Position numbers and translations under genes: made by a program. Of a DNA stretch of 38,622 nucleotides, positions 1 to 8,682 are shown in pieces. Every line of letters starts with the position of its first letter. The stretch's first letter is position 1. This stretch comes from a virus (taxonomy: Duplodnaviria; Caudoviricetes). The stretch lies in the IMG/VR virus record IMGVR_UViG_3300030330_004114, positions 1-38,622 of that record, one strand, 5' to 3'. The notes beneath the pieces are model-generated. The model saw only the letters and a list, made by a program, of their open reading frames with translations, was not told the DNA's origin and searched no databases.

Positions 1-1139
1 ATAACAGCCACACCGGAGGACAACCTAACGATACGACCCTGGATGCGTTCGCACTCTGCAAAGTCTTCAGTGTTGGCTATCTCTGCTTTTAGGCTGTCGA
101 TACGTGTCTCTACGCCTTCATAGTCACAGTTGCCACCGACAAGAATAGTGCCAACCTTTGTGCTCTCGACTGACTTGGCTGAGCCAAGCTGGTCCAGTGT
201 AGTCGTCTGTAGCTTCTGTCCTGACTCTCTGGTGATAAACGTGGCACCTGTAGACATCGCAAGGTCAGATAGAAGGTTGCGGCGCTCCTCGCCGTAGTAT
301 GGAGCCTTAATGCCAGCAATCTTTAGGGAGCCCCGCATGGCGTTCATAATCATAGCAGCCAAGGCTTGACCTTCGATGTCCTCTGCTACAATCACAAGCG
401 GTCTGGACTCTCGCGCAACCAACTCAAGGATGGGTAGAATCTGTTCTACTTGTGTGATCTTATAATCTGTGACCATAATCAGTGGCTCTTCATAAGACAT
501 TATGTTTCTGCGCTCATCATTAACAAACGCAGACGCACAATATCCAGCGGAGAAACGGAAGCCCTCGGTAACGTCGATGGACGTTTCAAGCGACCGCGAC
601 TCTTCAATTGTTATAGACCCGTCTTGACCCACCTTGTCCACAGCCAAAGCAATAAGATCCCCAATGGTAGAATCATTGTTGGCTGATATCGTAGCAATAT
701 GTTTGATGTCATCAATGCTTGTAACTGGTCTCGCCATCTCTGCAAGATTGTTACAAATTTCTGATACTGTTGCATCTATCCCCCTTTGTAGTTCGATTGG
801 AGAGACGCCAGCAGCGATGTGCTTCTGCGACTCATTAAGTATTGCTCTCGCCAACACGGTTGCCGTGGTCGTCCCATCGCCAGCGGTCGTGTTGGTTTCG
901 TTTGCCGCCTGACGGATAACCTGCGCGCCAGCGTTCTCAAACTCATCGTCCAACTGAACAAACTGTGCGACAGTCACACCATCCTTTGTGGCAAATGCTG
1001 GCTTATCCTGCTCCTTTAGGAGCACAGTGCGACCCTTGGGTCCGAGAGTAGAGGAAACATAATCAGCCAGCGTGTTCGCTCCCTTTACAATCTTTTGTCT
1101 CAATTCTTCGTTGTTGGCGAAGACCATCTTGTTTGTCAT
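1..1139 (-). CDS. groEL: Chaperonin GroEL (N-terminal part; runs off the window start)
   Basis: Not in the ORF track. Manual translation from ATG at 1139 gives MTNKMVFANNEELRQKIVKGANTLADYVSSTLGPKGRTV...TKDGVTVA...AGDGTTTATVLA...KAPYYGEERR, which are classic GroEL motifs. Confidence 0.97.
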   Translation of the reverse strand, partial: MTNKMVFANNEELRQKIVKGANTLADYVSSTLGPKGRTVLLKEQDKPAFATKDGVTVAQFVQLDDEFENAGAQVIRQAANETNTTAGDGTTTATVLARAILNESQKHIAAGVSPIELQRGIDATVSEICNNLAEMARPVTSIDDIKHIATISANNDSTIGDLIALAVDKVGQDGSITIEESRSLETSIDVTEGFRFSAGYCASAFVNDERRNIMSYEEPLIMVTDYKITQVEQILPILELVARESRPLVIVAEDIEGQALAAMIMNAMRGSLKIAGIKAPYYGEERRNLLSDLAMSTGATFITRESGQKLQTTTLDQLGSAKSVESTKVGTILVGGNCDYEGVETRIDSLKAEIANTEDFAECERIQGRIVRLSSGVAV

Positions 1140-1140
1140 T

Positions 1141-1902
1141 TTAACCTCGTGAAATGATAAATACTTCGTTTGACTCTTTACTCTTGTTCATTCCGTAAGC
1201 CCATTTAGCTGGGACTATCTCATAGTCTGAGTAGTGCTCACGAATAAACTTGCAATCATTATAACATAATAACCAGTTCTGGCGATTTGTCAAGAGGGAA
1301 TGTAAAAGTTTATGATCAAACCCTTCATGCATATCTCCGTTCTTTCCATATAGCTTGCTCTTGGCTTCCAAAAAGTATGGAGGGTCCAAGTATAGGAACT
1401 CTTTTTCGTGAAGCGCTATCGACTCCTCAAAGCTCATAAACCCTACTTTTAGGTTCGGTGCTTCAAAATTCTCAAGCCTTTTGATGCTGTTCTCGTTGAA
1501 GCGACCATCTGCTGCTTGTTGCGAGAACCCACCTGATAGGGTTGCGCCTGAGAACGAAGAACGATTGACAGCAAAGTATGCTGCGGCAGCGACGGGACTT
1601 AGTGGTAAGTTGCTGCGATATGCAATAAGAAGATCGCGGGCAGCTTTGAACCCGCCTTTGTCGAGAGGATGCAAGTTGCGAACATCTTTTACTAGTTGTT
1701 CCTTGTCGTTTAGTAAGCAATGCCAAAAGTTGTAGAGAGGATAGAACGCATCGTAAGCGTATACCTTTCTATCTTCGGCAAGCACCAACTCTAATGAGCC
1801 GCCGCCCAAGAAAGGGGAGCAAACATCTCCCTCTGGAATGTGAGGTAGTAGGTGCTTTATTGCGCGTGTTTTGCCACCGGGATAACGTAGTGGTGATTTC
1901 AA
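1141..1902 (-). CDS. dam: Dam-family (D12 class) DNA N6-adenine methyltransferase
   Basis: N-terminal LRYPGGK, motif I PFLGGGS, catalytic YLDPPY. The TTG start overlaps the TGA stop of the upstream gene. Confidence 0.93.
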   Translation of the reverse strand: MKSPLRYPGGKTRAIKHLLPHIPEGDVCSPFLGGGSLELVLAEDRKVYAYDAFYPLYNFWHCLLNDKEQLVKDVRNLHPLDKGGFKAARDLLIAYRSNLPLSPVAAAAYFAVNRSSFSGATLSGGFSQQAADGRFNENSIKRLENFEAPNLKVGFMSFEESIALHEKEFLYLDPPYFLEAKSKLYGKNGDMHEGFDHKLLHSLLTNRQNWLLCYNDCKFIREHYSDYEIVPAKWAYGMNKSKESNEVFIISRG

Positions 1903-2954
1903 GTTTCCTCCAAGTATGCCTTTATCTTAACAAGGAATTCTTGATCTGTCAAATCAATTCCACTCTTGGATAAGCCTATCTTTAGAGCACATGTAAATGA
2001 ATGCACCCCGTCTGTACCTTGATGTGGCTTAATCCTAATTCTAACCAAAGATCTGTTAATTTCGTCTTTTAGTTCTGAGATCCCAAAATAAGAGGCTGCC
2101 TGTGGAGTTAAAGCATAGACGCCCTTACCTTGAATCTGAATAAGCACATCGCCTTTCAGTGCGTAGTAAGACTGTATTAAATCTCCACTAACAGGCAATA
2201 GCATGTCAGTTCTGCCATTAAACCATTGGTCCTGCAAAGCTCTCTTAACAGCGCCGGTATAAGAAGCCCTACGTAAGCCTCTCACAAAGCCATTTTTTAT
2301 ATTAAGGTTGTTTGAATACTTTTGAAGATCGATGTGCTTATCAGCCATGTTTGGCTCTATTATACTATCAAAGATTCCTTGATACAATCCTTCGTTTTTT
2401 TCAAATCCTGCTGTTCTCGCAGCAGCCCATTTTCTTGTTCTGGTGTTGTACAGCATCTTGAATTGCCCAAAGTCTGCGCCTGAGCTTGTCTTTAGCTCTA
2501 TTTTGAGCGAAGAGTTGTCGTCTTTGATCTCCAAGTCGGAACCGGGTTCAAAGCCTGCGGACTTTACATTATAGCCTGGAAGTAGCTCTCTCATAATTTG
2601 TTCTAGTCTTTCTTCATATTGGGCGCCTGCCCGAGCCGCGCCGCCCGTTCGAGGCTTCATAAGAAAGTACACACTACCACCCTCGCGGCGGCTTCTTGGT
2701 AAAACATATCTACCAAAGCCTGCGCCTGGGGCATTTGGTTCCCAGACAAACCCTAAAGCAGTAAGCTGCGGTGTCAAAACTTTCTCAAGAGCCACGCGGT
2801 CATCAGAAACAATCTTATACAGCCTGTCTTTATCGGTTTTCATTATTTCGCCACCGGCGCTTGATACTATGTTCTCAATGGACTGTAGTGGATCATCTTG
2901 CTGTTCTAAGGCTTGCTCGATCATCTCAAGTAAAATGTTTAAAGAATTAGCCAT
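1899..2954 (-). CDS. Putative PD-(D/E)XK restriction-like endonuclease with an N-terminal acidic helical leader
   Basis: GAQYEERL...SDLEI...IELKTS fits the E / D / E-x-K pattern. Translationally coupled to the methylase. Confidence 0.6.
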   Translation of the reverse strand: MANSLNILLEMIEQALEQQDDPLQSIENIVSSAGGEIMKTDKDRLYKIVSDDRVALEKVLTPQLTALGFVWEPNAPGAGFGRYVLPRSRREGGSVYFLMKPRTGGAARAGAQYEERLEQIMRELLPGYNVKSAGFEPGSDLEIKDDNSSLKIELKTSSGADFGQFKMLYNTRTRKWAAARTAGFEKNEGLYQGIFDSIIEPNMADKHIDLQKYSNNLNIKNGFVRGLRRASYTGAVKRALQDQWFNGRTDMLLPVSGDLIQSYYALKGDVLIQIQGKGVYALTPQAASYFGISELKDEINRSLVRIRIKPHQGTDGVHSFTCALKIGLSKSGIDLTDQEFLVKIKAYLEET

Positions 2955-2955
2955 G

Positions 2956-4128
2956 CTACAACTCCTGATCGACGCATGTTGTTATTTCTTGTATTCTTAA
3001 TTTTGATAGGTTCTTCATTACTGTTGCAAAAGCTTGTAGTTTTTGTGGTGTAGGGTTAATTGAATAATTCATTATAGCATCTTCAATCGAGCCAAAATAA
3101 ACGTTTAGCATGTTTAGAGTCTGGACTAGCTTATCTTCAAGAAAGTCTGCATCATTTTTGACTAGTTTTATTGTTTCTTCTGGACTAAATTGAACACTCT
3201 GTACATCTGCAAAGCCTTTGAAGCCTTGATCTGCAAATTTTGTGTAATGGTATGAAGTTCTTAAAAAGTCTGGCTTATCAATTTCATAACTTTTTAGCAT
3301 TAAATAGCCATCTTCATCTACTGTTGCATCTCTTGTCATCCTCATCGCAGACTCTTTTGTGACATGTGCTGTGGTAATGGAGAAGAAGTTTAAACTTGTT
3401 TTGGCTTGTGGTTTTCCATAAAAAACATAAAAGAGACCGCCAGGATATTTGTCTTGTTTTGGAGTAAAAACTTTTGATACCTTTTTGCCTTTAACCACCT
3501 TGAATTTAACACCCAGTGTTGCAAGTAAGTTTAAATAAGAACCCGAGACGCCCTTTTTTTTAGTTTTGAGAGAGATTCCAACTCTTCCACCTGCGATGGA
3601 CAAGTCTGCTATATCGTCATATGAAGTGTCATCGATTTTTGTGTTTGTCTCTACTTGCGCGCCATCAAGTAAATAAGCTACAAGTTTTTCATTTTCAAAC
3701 CCTGCTGATGATGCATCAAATCTTTCTAAAATTGTATTATATGCAGCATTAGCAAGCAAGCCGCTCATGGTTGAGGAAATATCTCTACAACTTGTTTCTT
3801 TAGGCTTAAAGTCAAAATATGAAATAAGTGCTTCATTGATCGACTTACAAGATGGGCTAGAGGAGACCTGCTGGATCAAAGATGTATTAAAGCCCTTAAC
3901 TGTTTCAAGGCTATCCTCAAGAGATATTTCTTGCACACGCCCAGCGGCAGTTCTTTCTTTTCTTGCTAAGATCGCATTAACAATTCTGTCAACCTCTAGA
4001 AATTGCTTATCCACAGGACTATCAACCTCGGGGCTCTGGTCTTTGTCCAAAACTCCAACTTTTTTCTGTTCCTGTTCGGATAGACTCTCTTGAATAATTT
4101 CAAGAATTGTTAACAAACTATCAGACAT
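2956..4128 (-). CDS. Hypothetical protein with a possible PD-(D/E)XK (S-x-K variant) nuclease fold
   Basis: AGFENEKLVAYLLDG...IADLSI...GISLKTK. The N-terminus MSDSLLTILEIIQESLSEQ resembles that of the downstream gene. Confidence 0.45.
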   Translation of the reverse strand: MSDSLLTILEIIQESLSEQEQKKVGVLDKDQSPEVDSPVDKQFLEVDRIVNAILARKERTAAGRVQEISLEDSLETVKGFNTSLIQQVSSSPSCKSINEALISYFDFKPKETSCRDISSTMSGLLANAAYNTILERFDASSAGFENEKLVAYLLDGAQVETNTKIDDTSYDDIADLSIAGGRVGISLKTKKKGVSGSYLNLLATLGVKFKVVKGKKVSKVFTPKQDKYPGGLFYVFYGKPQAKTSLNFFSITTAHVTKESAMRMTRDATVDEDGYLMLKSYEIDKPDFLRTSYHYTKFADQGFKGFADVQSVQFSPEETIKLVKNDADFLEDKLVQTLNMLNVYFGSIEDAIMNYSINPTPQKLQAFATVMKNLSKLRIQEITTCVDQEL

Positions 4129-4137
4129 AATTTAACC

Positions 4138-4827
4138 TCACATTATTTCATCGGCAAGACCATACTTGACAGCTTCGTCTGCATCAAGATAGATATTTAC
4201 CTTTTCATTAAGTAGTTTCTCCAACTTCTTGCGGGTGAACTTTGTGTTCTCAACCATAGCGGAGATATAATCTTCCTGTAGGCGCTGTATGGCTTCAAGT
4301 TCGTTTGCTAAGTTTGGTAGGTTACCAAAGTTTCCTGCTGCGACGTTGTGAATCATCACGCGGCAGTTGCGTCCAATCTTGCGCTTGCCCTTTGTTCCTG
4401 CTGCGAGGAGTAGGGTGCCTGCGGACATAACCTTGCCAACGCCAATTGTGTGGATTTCGGTTTCTTCCATAACCTGCTTCATAACGTCATACATCGCAAA
4501 CATATCGTCAGCGGAACCACCATAGGTGTTAATGTAAAATTCAACAGGCTTCTTTTCCTTACCCTCGGGAAGAAGGCGGTTCATTTCGTTTAGATAAAGA
4601 AGAGCCTGGGTAAGCTCAGCAATCTTTTCGTCTTCGACAGAAGAATACAAACCAATAACTCGTAGGTCTGGTTCGGCGGGGGCATCACCAAGGGCGCCGC
4701 CAAGTATCTGCTCAAGGCTGACAGCCTTTACCTCTGTGGCAGGGGGTGGTGTTTCCTTGCTTGCTTGTTCCTGTCCCTTTGGCGGAAGTACAATATCAAT
4801 GATCTTACCAATTATCTCACGCATCAT
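4138..4827 (-). CDS. clpP: ClpP-family protease proteolytic subunit
   Basis: FYINTYGGS, catalytic Ser in VMSAG, His in MIHN, and C-terminal ADEAVKYGLADEI. Confidence 0.92.
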   Translation of the reverse strand: MMREIIGKIIDIVLPPKGQEQASKETPPPATEVKAVSLEQILGGALGDAPAEPDLRVIGLYSSVEDEKIAELTQALLYLNEMNRLLPEGKEKKPVEFYINTYGGSADDMFAMYDVMKQVMEETEIHTIGVGKVMSAGTLLLAAGTKGKRKIGRNCRVMIHNVAAGNFGNLPNLANELEAIQRLQEDYISAMVENTKFTRKKLEKLLNEKVNIYLDADEAVKYGLADEIM

Positions 4828-5246
4828 TTGTTTGTCTCCTTTGAAAACATAATCGCTGCTAACTTGTTGTTGTTTAGGAATCTTTGTGACCCTCTCCAGT
4901 CATCAAACTCCAAGAACTGTTTGAAGAGTTCTGGGTGTGCCTGGAGTAAATAGGTGATAGTGTTATCTTTATAACTTTGAATTGTATTATCAAAATCCTT
5001 CTTCAACTTTTCATACTCTTCGTGTCCATATGACTTGTCGTTCTTACGAAGAGCTTCTAGCCTATTAATGTGGGCATAGTGTAGATATTCTAGCCCCTTG
5101 TTGATGATTGTCAAGTAGAAAACATAAGACATCTTCATCACTGTGGCTGTGATTCTTGTTGACTTCAAAAAATATAAGCCAGAGCAGGACATCCATCCGA
5201 GCAAGAAAGCACACCCGGCTATGATCAGGCTAACTACAAAATCCAT
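4824..5246 (-). CDS. Hypothetical membrane-anchored protein
   Basis: Likely start MDFVVSLIIAGCAFLLGW (ATG 5246 after a GGAGA SD), with a hydrophobic N-terminal helix. Confidence 0.7.
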   Translation of the reverse strand: MDFVVSLIIAGCAFLLGWMSCSGLYFLKSTRITATVMKMSYVFYLTIINKGLEYLHYAHINRLEALRKNDKSYGHEEYEKLKKDFDNTIQSYKDNTITYLLQAHPELFKQFLEFDDWRGSQRFLNNNKLAAIMFSKETNK

Positions 5247-5261
5247 TGTCTCTCCAAATGA

Positions 5262-5297
5262 AATAACCACCTAGGATATGGTCCCTAGATGGTTATT
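5262..5297 (-). terminator. Hairpin (probable terminator of the upstream acidic gene) overlapping a promoter -10 box
   Basis: Plus strand AATAACCACCTAGG-8 nt-CCTAGATGGTTATT: a 14-bp stem with one G-U pair in the minus-strand RNA. Confidence 0.55.
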
Positions 5298-5323
5298 ATA
5301 ACGGCTCAGGAGATTTCTGTCAA
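5295..5323 (-). promoter_or_regulatory. sigma70-type promoter, perfect consensus
   Basis: Minus strand TTGACA-17 bp-TATAAT, intergenic, upstream of the membrane protein/clpP/nuclease/dam/groEL run. Confidence 0.9.
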
Positions 5324-5327
5324 GCTA

Positions 5328-6086
5328 TTATTTCGAGGCGAGTCTGCGGAAGATACGCTCGGCTAGCTTGCTCGCCATATCTTCTTGCTTCTTCTCACGA
5401 AGAAGACGGGCAGCTACACGGCGAGCAACTTCTTGTACAATATCGTCTTCGTTTAACTCGTCGCCAGCAAGCTCCATCATTGGATCTTCGTCATCACCTG
5501 CGGGAGCGTCCATGGCACCTTCTAGATCACCACCTTCATCGCCCATGGCTTCACCCCCCATTTCTTCATCACCGCCAACCTCTACGTCAGCGTCAAGACC
5601 GAGTAGATCTGCGAGCTTGTCTACAATGTCAGCAAACTGCTCTTCTTTGCCACCCATGTCGGCACCCATGTCGCCACCAAGATCGTCGCCGCCTAGATCA
5701 TCGCCCATATCCATTTCCATATCACCTTCGGGGGCAGGAGCGTCCATTTCGGCGTCCATTTCCAATTCTTCCTCTTCTTCGCGCATATCCTTCATGCCGG
5801 GAGGGTCTTCATCATCGCGCTCTGCTTCACCTTCGCGCATACCTCTCATGCCGGGAGGATCTTCATCTTCATCCTCGCCTTCGCGCATGTCGCGTAGACC
5901 GGGAGGATCTTCATCCTTCTCGTCGCGGTCGGCTTCGCGCATATCGCGTAGACCGGGTTCGTCCTCTTCATCATCCCTCAAACCGGGGACTGGTAGTTTG
6001 CCACCCATTTCTTGGAGGGGCTTGATGTTTGCCAGCTTCATAAACTGACGAATCTCTGCTTCTGTTAATAGTGTCTTGCGAGCCAT
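5328..6086 (-). CDS. Very acidic low-complexity protein, putative prohead scaffold or internal head protein
   Basis: D/E/G/M-rich centre with repeated PPG(L/M)RDMRE units and amphipathic helical ends. Has an AAGGAG SD and an upstream ACTATTTAT motif. Confidence 0.55.
   Translation of the reverse strand: MARKTLLTEAEIRQFMKLANIKPLQEMGGKLPVPGLRDDEEDEPGLRDMREADRDEKDEDPPGLRDMREGEDEDEDPPGMRGMREGEAERDDEDPPGMKDMREEEEELEMDAEMDAPAPEGDMEMDMGDDLGGDDLGGDMGADMGGKEEQFADIVDKLADLLGLDADVEVGGDEEMGGEAMGDEGGDLEGAMDAPAGDDEDPMMELAGDELNEDDIVQEVARRVAARLLREKKQEDMASKLAERIFRRLASK
5778..5989 (-). repeat. Intragenic tandem repeat, about 4.5 copies encoding (D/E)(E/P)PG(L/M)(R/K)(D/G)MRE
   Basis: Plus-strand units of the form TCGCGCAT...CCGGG(A/T) recur near 5780, 5833, 5881 and 5935. 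Confidence 0.85.
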
Positions 6087-6110
6087 AGTTTTAAATCTCC
6101 TTTATAAAAC

Positions 6111-6401
6111 TCAAAATAAATAGTCTGCATCACCCGAACTTGCTAACAATTCTGCGCCGTCAGGTAATCTTTTCTTTAACTTAACTAGTGCTTTGTCTTG
6201 TATTTGCTTTATACGAGCAAATGATAGCCCTTCTCTTTTTGCTATCTCACGTAGAGATAATGGACCATTTTCGTAAATTGTTATCATTGAACAATTAAAC
6301 TCTTCTTCGTAATCTATATGGTATCTACAATTTTCTGCCAAACAACATTCTCTGTGTTTTAAACATTGTTGAGCGCATACCATTAAATCTTGTTTGTTCA
6401 T
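6111..6401 (-). CDS. Stand-alone sigma70 region-4-like HTH protein with a Cys-rich N-terminus
   Basis: LSLREIAKREGLSFARIKQIQDKALVKLK matches the sigma region 4.2 pattern (TLEEVG...VTRERIRQIEAKALRKLR). Six Cys lie upstream. Confidence 0.75.
   Translation of the reverse strand: MNKQDLMVCAQQCLKHRECCLAENCRYHIDYEEEFNCSMITIYENGPLSLREIAKREGLSFARIKQIQDKALVKLKKRLPDGAELLASSGDADYLF
6116..6124 (-). promoter_or_regulatory. Candidate late-promoter motif ACTATTTAT
   Basis: About 30 nt upstream of the ATG at 6086. The same motif recurs before the starts at 14153, 20021 and 27116. Confidence 0.55.
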
Positions 6402-6739
6402 AAGTCTGGAAATTCCTTTGAAATTAAATCAAATATCTGTTGCTTCTCTGCATCATCAAGTAGACCAAAATCTTCAAGAACTTCTTGACCTTTCTTTCTG
6501 AGTTTAAGAGACTTTGTAAAACGATTACGAGAAAGTATCTTGTGCTCCATGACATAATTGTCAAAAAACTGGATAAGATTTTCTTCTTCCTCAATCATTC
6601 CATCAATGACGGCACGAAAAAACTGCGCCACATTTACTTTGTTATGACGCAGCCTTATCAGCAGCCGTGCGTGGTCGTCGTCCGTCACCATAAACCTGAT
6701 AGACTTTAAGTCTTGTCCATAGTTTGGGTCATTAGACAT
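6398..6739 (-). CDS. Hypothetical protein, possibly ribbon-helix-helix DNA-binding
   Basis: SIRFMVTDDDHARLLIRLRHNKVNVAQFFRAVID has a beta-alpha-alpha pattern. The ATG at 6739 overlaps the upstream stop (TAATG). Confidence 0.55.
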   Translation of the reverse strand: MSNDPNYGQDLKSIRFMVTDDDHARLLIRLRHNKVNVAQFFRAVIDGMIEEEENLIQFFDNYVMEHKILSRNRFTKSLKLRKKGQEVLEDFGLLDDAEKQQIFDLISKEFPDL

Positions 6740-7761
6740 TACCATTTTCTCGTGGTTATGTGCGTTCTGCTCTCGCCAAGACCAGCAGGAGTCTGTCGAA
6801 CAAACTCAGCAGTCTGTCTTAGTTCCTTAATTGTACGAACACCAGAGTATGAGAGCCCAGAGCGTATGCCCCGGTCAAGATCGGCAAGCACGTTGCGAAC
6901 CTTGCCACGATACGGCACGGTGCTGGATACGCCTTCAAACGAAGAGTATTTGCCGCGCCATTCTACTTGGGCTTCCTTAGAAGCCATCCCGCGATAAGTT
7001 TTATACTTTGTTCCGTCTTGTCGAGTATAAACTTCGCCGGGTGTTTCTTTGGTTCCCGAGAGCAGGGAGCCCAACATAACTGCGTCGGCTCCTGCGGCAA
7101 GTGCCTTCACAATGTCACCAGAGTTGCGTATGCCACCGTCTGCAATAATCTTTACATCGCGGTCGGTGAAAGAACAATCTATGATTGTCTGCAATCCAGG
7201 GTGTCCGTGTCCTGTTTGCACTCTCGTAGAGCAGATAGAACCGCCCCCAATATTGCAGCGAACAGAGTTAGCGCCCCAGTCTGCAAGATCATTAATGCCC
7301 TTTAAGGTCGCGACATTTCCTGCCATAATGTGTAGGTCATCACCAATAGCATTTCTAATGGTCTGTAGCGCCTCTTTCATCATAATGTGGTGACCGTGCG
7401 CCACATCAACACAAACAAAAGTTGCGCCAGCGGCAAGGCACTCACAAACTCTGTATAGCATATCATCGCCAACACCAACAGCAAAGCCAATGTTCTCTGC
7501 TCCGTTGGCTCTTGCGTGTCCAACCAACTGGGCTTGTTCTTCTGGTGTATTGTATCTGTGGATAATAGAACAAGCACCTTCTTCTGATGTAGCCCTAGCC
7601 ATAAGGTCTTCTGAGATCGTATCCATTGGGGACGATATGATCGGTAGTGATAGCTTTAGTCCATTGCCAAGGTCTGTAGAGATATCTACTTCAGATCGAG
7701 AGCGTATGTCTGAGTAATGTGGCAACAACAGCACATCATCGTAGGTAAGTGCCTCAATCAT
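6739..7761 (-). CDS. guaB: IMP dehydrogenase / GMP reductase family protein (no CBS domains)
   Basis: LTYDDVLLLP, SSPMDT, DVAHGH, AGNVAT, catalytic-Cys loop GGGSICSTR, IADGGI, YRGMAS. Confidence 0.88.
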   Translation of the reverse strand: MIEALTYDDVLLLPHYSDIRSRSEVDISTDLGNGLKLSLPIISSPMDTISEDLMARATSEEGACSIIHRYNTPEEQAQLVGHARANGAENIGFAVGVGDDMLYRVCECLAAGATFVCVDVAHGHHIMMKEALQTIRNAIGDDLHIMAGNVATLKGINDLADWGANSVRCNIGGGSICSTRVQTGHGHPGLQTIIDCSFTDRDVKIIADGGIRNSGDIVKALAAGADAVMLGSLLSGTKETPGEVYTRQDGTKYKTYRGMASKEAQVEWRGKYSSFEGVSSTVPYRGKVRNVLADLDRGIRSGLSYSGVRTIKELRQTAEFVRQTPAGLGESRTHITTRKW

Positions 7762-8131
7762 CTTTGCTCCTGTACTTGTCGATAAAGATACGGATGCCCG
7801 TGGGATGATACCAAGTTTCCTTATGCGGCTTCTTGGGTTCTTCCAAGAAATTTACCTTTGCTCTCACTCCACCAGTCTTCACATGGCATATTGCGGGGAC
7901 ACCTTGAAAGCCATATTTTTTCTCAAGTCCTTCACCATCTTCCATGTTGAATGCATAGAAGTGTATACCTTCATACTCGTCGGAAATTTGTACAAACTTG
8001 TCACGCAGCGCGTGACATAGGTGGCAATTTTGTCCGTAGAACTTGATTACCACGTCGTGGTCTTCTTTGACCTTGCCGCCTAGAATTTGCTCTAGGTTGC
8101 GTCTGTTAATCCTTGATACTGCCATTTTCAA
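7754..8131 (-). CDS. Thioredoxin-like protein
   Basis: VVIKFYGQNCHLC (CxxC) and the GVP cis-proline motif. Confidence 0.8.
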   Translation of the reverse strand: MKMAVSRINRRNLEQILGGKVKEDHDVVIKFYGQNCHLCHALRDKFVQISDEYEGIHFYAFNMEDGEGLEKKYGFQGVPAICHVKTGGVRAKVNFLEEPKKPHKETWYHPTGIRIFIDKYRSKDD

Positions 8132-8450
8132 ATCCTTCTATAATGCGGTCGAGATACCAACGGGCTTTCTTGAGGTCTTCAAGAGGCTCTGCCTTGTGTT
8201 GGTGCCTCGAAACATATTTTACTACATTGCCTGCGTTAAAGTCAAGCCCCCAATCCTCGATGGCATCAATTACTTCTATGTTGCCTTGGTTGTAGTGCGG
8301 GGGGTGGTTTACTGCTTCGCGTCGTGCGATGCCCTCAAGTCCTGTCTTGACCCGGTTTAGGTATTCAAGTGCGACTTCTTCGGTGTTTTTTCCGTCGTCA
8401 AGGTCTTGGGTATCAAGCTCGACTATTGTGTTACTCGTTGCTATTGGCAT
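8106..8450 (-). CDS. DUF3310 family protein (T7 gp1.7 nucleotide-kinase-like)
   Basis: VNHPPHYNQGNIEVIDAIE...GNVVKYVSR...EDLKKARWYL. Confidence 0.85.
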   Translation of the reverse strand: MPIATSNTIVELDTQDLDDGKNTEEVALEYLNRVKTGLEGIARREAVNHPPHYNQGNIEVIDAIEDWGLDFNAGNVVKYVSRHQHKAEPLEDLKKARWYLDRIIEGFENGSIKD

Positions 8451-8682
8451 TTATTACCTCCTGTGCCTTTTCAATGCAAGCAGGGCAGAATAGTGATACC
8501 CGAACGGGATTTTCGTGTACCACTACTCGCCAAGTCATTGCGTGTTCTTTGGATTTTGCGTCAAATGCGGCGTCACACGCTGAGCATGTGTCTGGGCGGT
8601 GCTCAAAGCTGGAAATTTTTTGGGCGAGTTTTTCGTTGCCTTTATTCTTCTTCTTGAGGCGGCGCCTTTCTGCTCTATTCAT
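8431..8682 (-). CDS. Small hypothetical zinc-finger protein
   Basis: MNRAERRR basic start and two CxxC pairs (CSAC, CPAC). Confidence 0.7.
   Translation of the reverse strand: MNRAERRRLKKKNKGNEKLAQKISSFEHRPDTCSACDAAFDAKSKEHAMTWRVVVHENPVRVSLFCPACIEKAQEVINANSNE

Noticed and set aside
1266-1293. Possible internal promoter for groEL (TTGACA-16-TATTAT)
   Set aside because: It lies well inside the dam coding region with a 16-bp spacer and could be chance, so it is not listed as a feature.
5778-5989. CRISPR-like array
   Set aside because: The repeats are imperfect, in-frame coding repeats with short similar spacers. No cas genes are present.
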